A DNA stretch of 64,000 nucleotides from a virus. The notes below the pieces were generated by a model. The model was given only the letters and a program-made list of their open reading frames with translations, was not told the origin of the DNA and did not search any database. The position numbers were made by a program, and so were the translations under genes. The stretch's first letter is position 1, and each line of letters starts with the position of its first letter. Below are positions 38,842 through 47,290 of the stretch, piece by piece. The DNA lies in the IMG/VR virus record IMGVR_UViG_3300009146_000001, positions 1-64,000 of that record. One strand, given 5' to 3'.

Positions 38842-38878
38842 AAAAGCAAAAGCCCCGATCCCTTTCGAGACCGGGGCT
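38842..38878 (-). terminator. Intrinsic terminator after the VPDSG-CTERM pair
   Basis: AGCCCCGGTCTC-GAAA-GGGATCGGGGCT + TTTGCTTTT. Confidence 0.7.
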
Positions 38879-38924
38879 CTTCCTGCGCCAGCACCCCCAA
38901 GCAGGTTAGGGGAGAAGAGGCAGC

Positions 38925-39638
38925 TCAGAAGCGCCGTCGCAGAATCGGAAGGCTGATCAGGCCAAGGCCCATGAGCCCGAGGGTCCAACCCCCATCGGGG
39001 CAGGAGATTTCCAGCTTGGAAACCCGGACATCGAGGTTCGCGAGGGCCGAGGCGTCCACGAAGATGGCGACTGCGCCGACGTTCGCGTAATCCACCGACC
39101 CGACAACCACCGAGGGGCTCGACAGATCCACCGAGTAGTCGGCCAGCCCGACAGCGAGGTTGATGTTGTAGAGGTTGTAGTTCCCGGCATCCGTCGCGAT
39201 TGCGATTTGCAGCACGGCGGTCGGGAGATCCGCAAAGGCGGACACCTCGATGGTGCCGTTCTGGCATTCGCTGATGTCGAGATCCAGACCGTAGTCCAGC
39301 TCGTTGGCGGTGATCCGGTTGTTGGCGTTCGCGTCCGTGATCCCGGCGACACCGTCCCAGACGATCCCACCCTCACCGCGACCGGCGAAGGAGGCGTAAC
39401 CGCCAGCGTTGAACGCGACACCCGTCGCGAAGATACCTGCCGAGGTGGACCAGACCGCCGCGTCACGGATACCGCCGACTGCACCGGGGTGGGCGAAGGT
39501 TCCCGTCGCGATCTGCGGCGGGGTGAGGGAGTTCAGCATGACGATATGGGGACCGCCCAAGAAGTCGTCGATGACGATGGTTGAGGCCGACGCGGACAAC
39601 GCCGCGCTGAGGCCGAGGACTGACAGGAGTCTCTTCAT
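38925..39638 (-). CDS. VPDSG-CTERM (PEP-CTERM-type) surface protein
   Basis: Signal peptide; C-terminus CPDGGWTLGLMGLGLISLPILRRRF. Confidence 0.8.
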   Translation of the reverse strand: MKRLLSVLGLSAALSASASTIVIDDFLGGPHIVMLNSLTPPQIATGTFAHPGAVGGIRDAAVWSTSAGIFATGVAFNAGGYASFAGRGEGGIVWDGVAGITDANANNRITANELDYGLDLDISECQNGTIEVSAFADLPTAVLQIAIATDAGNYNLYNINLAVGLADYSVDLSSPSVVVGSVDYANVGAVAIFVDASALANLDVRVSKLEISCPDGGWTLGLMGLGLISLPILRRRF

Positions 39639-39677
39639 ACTACGAGTGGGGACTATTCTGAGTTTGGGTTTACCGAA

Positions 39678-40373
39678 TTACCGGCGAAGGCGGCGGCCAG
39701 CGAAGCCGAGGCCGACGAGACCGCCACCGAGGAGCACCAAGGTCGAGCCAGCGTCAGGCGTCGGGATGATGACGGTCGGGTTGATGAACGGTCCGCCAAC
39801 CGGGCCAGCGATCCAGCCAGATCCGCCATTGGGCGTGTTCTGGATATGGGCCGCGCCAGCGAAGGGACCGTGGCCGCCCGCGTCGAGCGACAGGAACTGG
39901 AAGTCGGTCGGGCTCAGGCTGCCGTCAGAATCCGTGAAAAACAGCACGAGGGATTCATTTGCGCCGAAGGTCTTGGCGAGATTTCCGCCCTGCGCGAAGT
40001 CGATCAGGATGTCGAAGAATCCGTCGCCGTCCGCCTTGAAGGCATTCTCGGACAGGGACACCGTGGGATTATCGAACGTGCCGACCTTGGTCCCGAGCGA
40101 CACCGAGATCGTGGTCAGGTCGAGAAGGTCGTTGTAGTTGATCGAGGTCTCGTCGTTGTTCTCGCTGCCGAGGAGGCCGACGTTGTTGATCGTCAGCTTG
40201 ACCGTGCCCGCAGGCTGGGCGACATCGGTCAGGCTGAGCGTGACCCACGGAGCCGGGCCAGCGGGAGCGGTCCCGCCGGAGAACTCCGCGTTCATGTTGT
40301 AGTTCAGGGTGATGCCACTGGCCGACAGCGCGGAGGCGGCGGCGATGGCGGTAAGGATGGTTAGGGTTTTCAT
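39678..40373 (-). CDS. VPDSG-CTERM (PEP-CTERM-type) surface protein
   Basis: Signal peptide; C-terminus TPDAGSTLVLLGGGLVGLGFAGRRLRR. Confidence 0.85.
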   Translation of the reverse strand: MKTLTILTAIAAASALSASGITLNYNMNAEFSGGTAPAGPAPWVTLSLTDVAQPAGTVKLTINNVGLLGSENNDETSINYNDLLDLTTISVSLGTKVGTFDNPTVSLSENAFKADGDGFFDILIDFAQGGNLAKTFGANESLVLFFTDSDGSLSPTDFQFLSLDAGGHGPFAGAAHIQNTPNGGSGWIAGPVGGPFINPTVIIPTPDAGSTLVLLGGGLVGLGFAGRRLRR

Positions 40374-40468
40374 TCTGAGTCACAGAATAAGCAACCCCAA
40401 TACCACCGCAGTACAAACGACTTAGCTACCCGGAATGTAAGAATTCCCTGAACTGCGGTCGGAATTCC

Positions 40469-41044
40469 TTACTGCTTGATGACTTCGAACTTCTCGGTAC
40501 GGACGGTGCCGGTGACCTGCTCGGTGACACAGTCCAAGGTCTTCCGGATACGCAAAGTCTCGTAGACTCGCGGAGTAATCACTGCCGTTGCGGTCTGGCG
40601 CGTCAGCGGAATGTCGATCACGACATCGCTCTCGCCCCACTGGGTCGTCGGTGCCCCGGAGCCGGGAATACGTTCCACAACGTAGTCTTCCCGGCAGACC
40701 TCGATGGGAACGGACTTCTGCTCGGAGACGACGTACTTCCGGATCCGGACCGATCCATTCGAGACCGTCTTCTTGTCGACAGTCAGATCCTCGGCCTTGA
40801 GTTCCAGAGTCTCCCCGGCGACCAGATTGGTCACGGTTTCCACGGGGTGGCTTTGGGGAACGGGCGGAGAATACAACGGCAGGGGCGTGTTGAGGACGGA
40901 ATCGCGGTCCCGCCCCTTTGTGCCTCCCCGGTGCTCAGAACACTCCAGCGGAGTCGTGGTGCGTTTGTGGCAGTGTTCCCGGTCATAGGTTCGACACCCG
41001 GCGGACAGGGAAGCGATGGCGAGGAGCAATAGGAGTTGCTTCAT
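40469..41044 (-). CDS. Lipoprotein with DUF2382 (YsnF/AvaK) domain
   Basis: MKQLLLLLAIASLSAGC lipobox; EDLTVDK...GSVRIRKYVV...REDYVVER...TVRTE. Confidence 0.8.
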   Translation of the reverse strand: MKQLLLLLAIASLSAGCRTYDREHCHKRTTTPLECSEHRGGTKGRDRDSVLNTPLPLYSPPVPQSHPVETVTNLVAGETLELKAEDLTVDKKTVSNGSVRIRKYVVSEQKSVPIEVCREDYVVERIPGSGAPTTQWGESDVVIDIPLTRQTATAVITPRVYETLRIRKTLDCVTEQVTGTVRTEKFEVIKQ

Positions 41045-41346
41045 AGGAAGGAAGGGTAGCTTTTCCCCCTGCGTGCGGCCAGTTCGCTTATGCACTGACG
41101 GATGCTGAGGAGGGTGCACTGGTTGGACGGGTGAAGCATCCTGAATTCCCCGGAGCGCAGGAGGCGAATGCCTCCACCCTCCGTGAAGGCAAGGAAGGTG
41201 CCGCACTCCCTGCAAACCGTGAGATCACCCGTCTTCGGCGCGCAGACCTCGCCCGGAGTGGCGTTGGTTGCCGCGCTGAGTTTCGCGTGGCAGACCGGGC
41301 AGGCGAAGGGATCAAGCAGGTGGGTGTTCACGGTGTTTCCTCGCAA
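41041..41346 (-). CDS. Zinc-ribbon protein
   Basis: CPVC...CREC. Confidence 0.6.
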   Translation of the reverse strand: MRGNTVNTHLLDPFACPVCHAKLSAATNATPGEVCAPKTGDLTVCRECGTFLAFTEGGGIRLLRSGEFRMLHPSNQCTLLSIRQCISELAARRGKSYPSFL

Positions 41347-41494
41347 TCTCCAGTTCCATGTACCGCTTCAGTTCCTCCCACTGCGGGATGCTTAAGGTGA
41401 TGGTGTCGACGCCATACTCGTTCGCGGCCGTGACTTGAAGGAAGAACCCGTCGAATTCGGCGGTGATGTTCCCGCCAAGGAATGTCTCGGTCAT
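41312..41494 (-). CDS. Small hypothetical protein
   Basis: 60 aa, ATGA-coupled. Confidence 0.55.
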   Translation of the reverse strand: MTETFLGGNITAEFDGFFLQVTAANEYGVDTITLSIPQWEELKRYMELEIARKHREHPPA

Positions 41495-41757
41495 GGCTCG
41501 GCCTTCGTCTGGTAGATATCCGGGATTGTCGCATGTGCCATAAGCTCTAGGCAGATGGCGTGGTGAACCTCCGGGCCGCCGGGCACCATCGTCAGCTTCT
41601 CCATGTTCGACGGGATGTAATCCTCGCCGAAGAGTTCCCAGACGATGGTCTTCATCGGCCCGGTCTCGGCACTGCGCTCGGGCCGCTCCTCGATGGTCGA
41701 GACCTTGAAGACCCGGTGCCCGCAGAACACCTTCGAGATCCAGATTGATTCAGTCAT
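41491..41757 (-). CDS. Hypothetical protein
   Basis: Start MTESIW, ATGA-coupled. Confidence 0.5.
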   Translation of the reverse strand: MTESIWISKVFCGHRVFKVSTIEERPERSAETGPMKTIVWELFGEDYIPSNMEKLTMVPGGPEVHHAICLELMAHATIPDIYQTKAEP

Positions 41758-42074
41758 GGCGGGAAGGCCGGGATCGGCGGTGGCTTTGGCTTTGTCATCG
41801 GCGGGATTGTTGTCGGGACGAAGGCGTTGACGTCCCACGCGATGGCGTCCTCGCCGGTTACCGTGCAGGTGCGGACGCCGGTGTTGTAGACGCAGCCGAT
41901 GCGTTCGAGTTCACTGCAACGCTTCCACATTCCGGCCGTGCGCGTGTTGCGTTCGAGTTCCTTCCCGGTGAGCGGGCCATTCAGGAAGAGTTCCCGGTAC
42001 GCCTCCCACCTCCGTTGCGACAGGATGCCGGAGGATTCGATCCGGTGGTATGCGTCGATGGATGTCTGACGCAT
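41754..42074 (-). CDS. Winged-helix DNA-binding protein
   Basis: TSIDAY...GPLTGKEL...KRCSELERIGCV. Confidence 0.7.
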   Translation of the reverse strand: MRQTSIDAYHRIESSGILSQRRWEAYRELFLNGPLTGKELERNTRTAGMWKRCSELERIGCVYNTGVRTCTVTGEDAIAWDVNAFVPTTIPPMTKPKPPPIPAFPP

Positions 42075-42098
42075 GGCCTTAAAACTTCACCATTGGCT

Positions 42099-42512
42099 CT
42101 AGGACGAGGTTTTCGCCTGTTCCTGCTGCTGTTTAGCCAAGGCACCCTCCAAGGCTGACTTGAGGGAATCCAGAAGATGGCTGGGGCCAGTCTTGCATTC
42201 CTCGATCCGGAGAACCCAGCGGCTGTAGCCGCACTCGAAGGTGATCGACTCCGCCTTGATCGAGGTGGTGCTGATCAGGGGATCGCGTTCAATGTTCGAG
42301 GCGATGATGCCGAGGACGAAGGAGCGGTTGGCGAGGGCGCGGGCCTCGTCATGGGTCATCATCTTCTCGGGCGGCTTCTCCGTCTTGCGATTGGGATCAT
42401 CGGGGACTTTGTCCTTCATCTGGCCGTAGTCTTTGTCGGCTGCTTCGTCGGTGGGGGTGTTCATGGGTTTGATCATCTCTGCGATGCGCTCTTTGTACTC
42501 TTCGAGGGTCAT
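42099..42512 (-). CDS. Hypothetical protein
   Basis: 137 aa, ATGA-coupled. Confidence 0.6.
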   Translation of the reverse strand: MTLEEYKERIAEMIKPMNTPTDEAADKDYGQMKDKVPDDPNRKTEKPPEKMMTHDEARALANRSFVLGIIASNIERDPLISTTSIKAESITFECGYSRWVLRIEECKTGPSHLLDSLKSALEGALAKQQQEQAKTSS

Positions 42513-43066
42513 GGCTTGGGTTCGTTCCGCGCTATGGCGGCATTGGCCATCATCATGGCGTGGTCGAGGTGGGTGAGGCAGGTGTTGCGTTCACGGCTGT
42601 CCGGGGCATTCGAGCAGATGAGGACGGCGACCTTGAAGATTTCATCCCGGATCCTGCCATAGCGTTCGGGCTGGTCGCCGTGGGGAGCGTGGTACATGAA
42701 GCGGCTGACGAGGTCGGCTTTGAGTTTCTCCCCGATGGCGTACTTCGGCATGGTCAGGACCGGGGGAGTAACGACGGGCTCGGGCGGGATTTTGATCGGG
42801 GGGATTCCGGCGGCCAGCATCTGGCCTGCACCCATCCAAGTCCCGCCGGTCATGGTGCAGGCTCCGGGGGTGGAGCCGATGGTGGGGACGTACTGGTAAT
42901 CCCGCCCAATGTAGCCTGATTCGTCCAGCTTGCCGTAGAGGCAGGAATGCCCGGTGAAGTCGCCGGTGGGTGTTCCGTCGCGGAGGAGGACGTAGTGGCT
43001 GCCGGTGGTGTCGTAGGTGAATTCCGGCCAGCCGGACTTGGTCGTCGAAGGAGGGAAATTTGACAT
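42509..43066 (-). CDS. Protein with C-terminal Acb2/Tad1-like hairpin domain
   Basis: RFMYHAP...RYGRIR...PDSRERNTCLTHLDHAMMMANAAIARN. Confidence 0.65.
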   Translation of the reverse strand: MSNFPPSTTKSGWPEFTYDTTGSHYVLLRDGTPTGDFTGHSCLYGKLDESGYIGRDYQYVPTIGSTPGACTMTGGTWMGAGQMLAAGIPPIKIPPEPVVTPPVLTMPKYAIGEKLKADLVSRFMYHAPHGDQPERYGRIRDEIFKVAVLICSNAPDSRERNTCLTHLDHAMMMANAAIARNEPKP

Positions 43067-43097
43067 CGAGACGTATAGTGTGGATTGTCACACTACT

Positions 43098-43547
43098 ATG
43101 GCAAGCAGGAAAGTACATCCGTCCTTGGCGGGGTTGCAGATTCTGGGCCGGGCTCGGGATGTGACCTTGGATCCGGGGCCGACGCCTCAGGAGCGGCTCA
43201 GGGCCTTGAATGCCAAGATCGAGGCCAAGCAGGCGGAGAAGCTGAAAGCCTCGGAGGAACTTGGGCGGAAGTGGGCGGCAAATGCGGCCAAGTCCAAGGC
43301 GCGGATGGCGGAGCTGGAGCGGGAGTCGGCGGCGAAGCAGGCGGCCTTTGATCTGGACCGGAAGCGGCGGCCTTGGCGGTACTGGTTTCCCCCCGGCGGT
43401 GGTGGCGGTAGTGGTCCTTCCACCCAGTGGCCCCTCCAGCTTGCCATCCTGCTCAGTCTTTCCCTCTACGGGCTGGGTGCCCTCTTCCTCGTCATCAAGC
43501 TGGCCGGGAAGGTCTTCGGCTTGGATCTGCCCCTGTACCTTCAGTAG
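43098..43547 (+). CDS. Coiled-coil protein with C-terminal TM anchor
   Basis: K/A/E helix, Gly linker, hydrophobic tail. Confidence 0.55.
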   Translation: MASRKVHPSLAGLQILGRARDVTLDPGPTPQERLRALNAKIEAKQAEKLKASEELGRKWAANAAKSKARMAELERESAAKQAAFDLDRKRRPWRYWFPPGGGGGSGPSTQWPLQLAILLSLSLYGLGALFLVIKLAGKVFGLDLPLYLQ

Positions 43548-43953
43548 GGGGACGATTAATCGGCCGTTCAGGACACGACGGCAAGGGACAGTCCACCCCG
43601 GTCAGGGTGAACTGCCCCCGGAACGAAGAATCGTCCGCTTCAGGTATCAGGCTTTAGGTGCAGTGCGGGGTTAACCGCGCAGGAACCACTTCAGTTCGAA
43701 GAGGCCGGGGTCATGCTGTCGGCCGTTCCTGTCCACTGGGATCATGACGGTGCCGGGCCGCTACCCGGTATCCTCCTGCCGCGCTTCGCGGTCCTCGCGG
43801 ACGCGCAGGTTTTTGTTGGGTTCCCCGGCACGGAGCATTACCGATTGGGGAGAACATAAAGTTGGGGTTGACTGTCCCGCCAAAGTCCGGCAAATTGAGG
43901 CCGTTATTACGTTGTTGGCCCACTGGTAAGCCGAAAGGCCCCAGTGGGTCAAC
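43548..43953. other. Highly structured non-coding region (candidate ncRNA or origin/terminus)
   Basis: Nested inverted repeats, e.g. GGACGATT 43550/AATCGTCC 43629 and a 13-bp stem at 43914-43953 with a GAAA loop. Confidence 0.4.
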
Positions 43954-44186
43954 TCGTTTCTACGGATAGCTTCCTTCCCCCCTTCCCACTCCCCCAGTCA
44001 TACGTTCCTACCCGGCTTCGAGGCAAAGTACCCCCCGGTGACCCTCGTCACCCCCGCTTTATATTAGGCCAGAGAAGGGCGACATACCCCCAAACCCCCT
44101 TAAGCCAGAGGGGCTTGCGACCCGACCCGCCCCGTCAAAAGCCATGGTCTGAATTATTGCGCACAACAAGCATTATATTCACTTCC

Positions 44187-44250
44187 TTAGCGGTTTTTCC
44201 GCTAGCGGGGAGTGGAAAGCATGAGCCGGAATTGTAGGGGTGACTTGCCA
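44187..44250 (+). promoter_or_regulatory. First cassette: box B (44187-44205) then box A (44230-44250)
   Basis: TTAGCGGTTTTTCCGCTAG; AATTGTAGGGGTGACTTGCCA. Confidence 0.7.
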
Positions 44251-44312
44251 TAGTGGGGGAACCTCACAACGAGGCAACCCTGACACAATCAAACCTAGAT
44301 AGACTGGAAATT

Positions 44313-45065
44313 ATGAAGGAAGCAAAGTCGAAGAACGCCACTAAGGCGAACGTCGAAATCATTCAACCGGCAACTGAGCCCACCGTCATTCCGGCAACTG
44401 AGCCCACCGTAGAGATTGGCCCGTTGCCCCTTGTTGGCGGCGAATATTCACCCGAAACGTCGAAAGACTTTTCGCTGGATATCACCTACACGGAAGGAAC
44501 CGTATCGGATTTTGCCGCGCAATCGGAAAACCAATTGGCTGCACTGGAAAACCTTAAGACGGCCGTTAAGGGCATGGCGAATGGTCGCATTGCTATCATC
44601 GCGGCAGTTAAGGCTGCACTGGCAACAGGCTGTCCTGTCGCAATCGTGCGGCATACGTTCGTAGAGTGCTGGATTGCGAATGGGGGAACAAAAACCTACG
44701 CGAACGAAATCATGTTAGGTTGCGGGATTCGTTTGCGCGCCGTGCGCAAGGACGCTGGCAAGTCCAAGGGGACAACGCCTGCAACGCCTAATCCCGCAAC
44801 GCCGGGACAGCCTGCAACGCCTCAGACGCCTGCAACGCCGGGACAGCCTGCTAGCGGAAATGCCGCTAGCGTGGAAACGCCGGTTGCCGGGACGGCAACG
44901 GTGGAAACGCCAGTCCCGACAGTCAACCTTGAAACGGTCAAGGATTTGACTCCTGAGGAAATTGGCAAGGCAATCGGTGCCTCTATCCTTGCGCAGTATG
45001 GCAAGGACAAGGCTAAGGAAGTTGCCCGTCACGTCATGGCAACGATTCATCAGGCATCAGCCTGA
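44313..45065 (+). CDS. First putative early protein, with PAT repeats
   Basis: 250 aa; 20-bp tandem repeat at 44367/44391; internal box B at 44851. Confidence 0.75.
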   Translation: MKEAKSKNATKANVEIIQPATEPTVIPATEPTVEIGPLPLVGGEYSPETSKDFSLDITYTEGTVSDFAAQSENQLAALENLKTAVKGMANGRIAIIAAVKAALATGCPVAIVRHTFVECWIANGGTKTYANEIMLGCGIRLRAVRKDAGKSKGTTPATPNPATPGQPATPQTPATPGQPASGNAASVETPVAGTATVETPVPTVNLETVKDLTPEEIGKAIGASILAQYGKDKAKEVARHVMATIHQASA

Positions 45066-45070
45066 CAACG

Positions 45071-45103
45071 AAGAGATCACTCGCGAGAGTGGTCTCTTTT
45101 TTT
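45071..45103 (+). terminator. Intrinsic terminator
   Basis: AAGAGATCACTC-GCGA-GAGTGGTCTCTT + T-run. Confidence 0.85.
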
Positions 45104-45218
45104 GTGCCCTTATCCGGCATGGTCCCGCGACCCCGGTGCCGCCAGCATCCTGCCCCATCGGGGCATGGGGGCGGTGCGCGATAGCCGGGCCGCACACGCG
45201 GGATTGGGGGCGGTGCGG

Positions 45219-45340
45219 AATTCTAGGGGTGACTTGCATATATGTGGAGACGCTCACCGATATGTTTCGGCGGGGCGAACCACTAAACCTTAGCGGAAAT
45301 TCCGCTAGCAAACACAACTGACAGGAAGAAAGCAGAACAT
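45219..45340 (+). promoter_or_regulatory. Cassette: box A-hairpin-box B-leader
   Basis: Box A TAG at 45224, box B 45290-45308, CAACTGACAGGA, ATG 45341. Confidence 0.8.
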
Positions 45341-45556
45341 ATGGCAGCAATCGTAGCAGCACTGATCGGTAAGTTCGTTACCGTCAAGACCGCAGGCAAC
45401 ACGTCGATCTTCGGCAGCCTCAAGGAACTCCCCGATAACGGAGGCTTCGAGATCTGGTCGAACCCGGCAATGAGCACAAGCTTCGGCTTGCGCTTCGGGG
45501 TCAAGGCCATCGCCACGGTCACGGCCGGGGAAACCATCGTCATCAACCTCAAGTAA
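45341..45556 (+). CDS. Small beta-rich early protein
   Basis: 71 aa directly after a cassette. Confidence 0.7.
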   Translation: MAAIVAALIGKFVTVKTAGNTSIFGSLKELPDNGGFEIWSNPAMSTSFGLRFGVKAIATVTAGETIVINLK

Positions 45557-45562
45557 CTGACC

Positions 45563-45700
45563 ATGGACGGGCAAGACGCGGAACACGCCGCCTTCATCGA
45601 AGGCATCATCGTCATCGAACTCCTCATCGCACTCGGCGAGATGCCTCCCACACGGGAGCGCGTCTCGGAGGAGGATCTCTCGATCTCAATAGCAGAATAA
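45563..45700 (+). CDS. Small acidic protein (45 aa), not in the ORF track
   Basis: MDGQDAEHAAFIEG..., preceded by AACTGACC. Confidence 0.5.
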   Translation: MDGQDAEHAAFIEGIIVIELLIALGEMPPTRERVSEEDLSISIAE

Positions 45701-45710
45701 CCGCTAACAT

Positions 45711-45926
45711 ATGAAGCAAATCCTGATCGTCATCCTCTCCGTGCTGTGCCTCCTCGGGTGCCGCACGCGACAGCCGCAGCCGACACCGGCCGCGCTCTAC
45801 GCCGAACTCGTCCGCGTCTACGGTGCGGCCGACGCTGCCTCCATCTGGGAGGAACGCGGCTTCGCTCCGGTTCATCCCCGTGACTGGGGCGACGTGACCG
45901 GGAAGACCGGCACAATCTCGGACTGA
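45711..45926 (+). CDS. Small lipoprotein
   Basis: MKQILIVILSVLCLLGC lipobox. Confidence 0.7.
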   Translation: MKQILIVILSVLCLLGCRTRQPQPTPAALYAELVRVYGAADAASIWEERGFAPVHPRDWGDVTGKTGTISD

Positions 45927-45931
45927 ACCTT

Positions 45932-46099
45932 ATGTATAAAACCACTGTCATCATAAGCACGGAGTTCAACGCGGCGGAGTTCACGCTGGATGAACTGGTG
46001 CATCATGTGAACATCAATGGCGCGCAGCTCCTCTCGATGACCACCGAGAGCGACCGACCACCGGAATCCTATCCGCCTATGTCGGAGCCGAACGACTGA
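45932..46099 (+). CDS. Small protein (55 aa), not in the ORF track
   Basis: MYKTTVIISTEF..., ends just before a terminator. Confidence 0.55.
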   Translation: MYKTTVIISTEFNAAEFTLDELVHHVNINGAQLLSMTTESDRPPESYPPMSEPND

Positions 46100-46102
46100 A
46101 CC

Positions 46103-46137
46103 AGCCCAGCCTCCTTCACCGGGGGCTGGGTTTTTTC
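46103..46137 (+). terminator. Intrinsic terminator
   Basis: AGCCCAGCCTCC/GGGGGCTGGGTT + T-run. Confidence 0.8.
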
Positions 46138-46144
46138 GTGCCCA

Positions 46145-46261
46145 AATCTAGGGGTGACTTGCAATGGTAGATGGGACTCGCTCGGGATTGATTCCGCAGG
46201 CGACCAGCCCGAAATGACAGCAACCAATAGCGGAAATTCTGCTAGCAGATGACAGGAACAT
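46145..46261 (+). promoter_or_regulatory. Cassette: box A-hairpin-box B-leader
   Basis: Box A TAG at 46149, box B 46227-46245, TGACAGGA, ATG 46262. Confidence 0.8.
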
Positions 46262-47146
46262 ATGGACATCAACGGTAACATCATCGCCGGTCTACTCACC
46301 GGCCGGGTCGAATGCACCTTGGGGTGCGGCCAATCCAAGAAGCTGAAGGAAGCATCGCGGGATGCATCGGTCAGCCTCGGCGCGGTCGATCCCTTCGGCA
46401 AGCCGAACGGAAGCGTCGACGTCAGCGCCAAGCTCTGGAACACAGCGCCGAGGGTGAAGCGCCTGATCCTCGACATGGCGAACATCAGGCCAGCGGCTCA
46501 GGACATGGCTCTCCCGTGGGTGGAGAAGGCCATCATCTTCCGGGTCGCAAGGGCGCAGGAGATCAAGCGCAGGGTCGACGCGCTGATGGACGGGCTCACG
46601 CCTCGGATCGACGACATCGAACTCAACTTCGACGAGGAAGTGCGTGCCGCAATGGCCGGGTATCCGGGCGGGGCGGAGCGGGATTTCTACCCGTTAGACG
46701 GGCAGGATTTCCGCAGCGGCATCGTCCGCAAGTTCGTGGTGTCGGCGGTGCCGTCGTCGTCGGCGATCATCCAGCTCCTCGGGGAGGACGTGGGCACCAG
46801 CCTTGCAGCGGAGCGCGAGGATGACATGCGCCAGAACCTCGCCAAGTCGCAGGCCGTGGTCGTGGCCCGGCTGCACGCGGCGATGGAGCGCATCGTCGCA
46901 GCCTGCGATCCCGGCAAAGACCGGGTCAGGATCACGCAAGGTCTGCTCGGTGACATGAATGAGTTGATGGATACGGTTCCCAACTTGTTGCTCATCCCCG
47001 ATCCCAAGATCGAGGACTTGGCCAGCGATATCCGGCTGGCGTTCTCGGGGATATCCCGAGAGGACTTGGCGGAAGACAAGGGGGCACGGGCCTCCGCCCA
47101 CACACTGGCGAAATCCTTCGCCTCAACCCTCGCCGCCATAATCTAG
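46262..47146 (+). CDS. Helical protein, DUF3150-like partner of MoxR/vWA
   Basis: 294 aa all-alpha; context next to AAA and vWA genes. Family assignment from memory. Confidence 0.55.
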   Translation: MDINGNIIAGLLTGRVECTLGCGQSKKLKEASRDASVSLGAVDPFGKPNGSVDVSAKLWNTAPRVKRLILDMANIRPAAQDMALPWVEKAIIFRVARAQEIKRRVDALMDGLTPRIDDIELNFDEEVRAAMAGYPGGAERDFYPLDGQDFRSGIVRKFVVSAVPSSSAIIQLLGEDVGTSLAAEREDDMRQNLAKSQAVVVARLHAAMERIVAACDPGKDRVRITQGLLGDMNELMDTVPNLLLIPDPKIEDLASDIRLAFSGISREDLAEDKGARASAHTLAKSFASTLAAII

Positions 47147-47290
47147 GGGTGGGTTGCATAGGTAGTAACCGATAGAGCGTGGCCCAAGGGACGGTTCCCT
47201 TGGTTCCCACTCTGACGGTAACCAATCCTTCAGACGCTAACGGAAATTCCGCTAGTGCAACTGACACACACTGACGGGAAAGCATTTGGT
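47140..47290 (+). promoter_or_regulatory. Cassette: box A-hairpin-box B-leader
   Basis: Box A TAG at 47144 is the upstream stop; stem CCAAGGGA/TCCCTTGG; box B 47237-47255; two ACTGAC. Confidence 0.8.

Noticed and set aside
45219-45240. Box A as a sigma54 or sigma70 promoter
   Set aside because: GG-N10-GC spacing is not met (TA occupies the GG position), and there is no consistent -10 hexamer 17 bp after TTGCA
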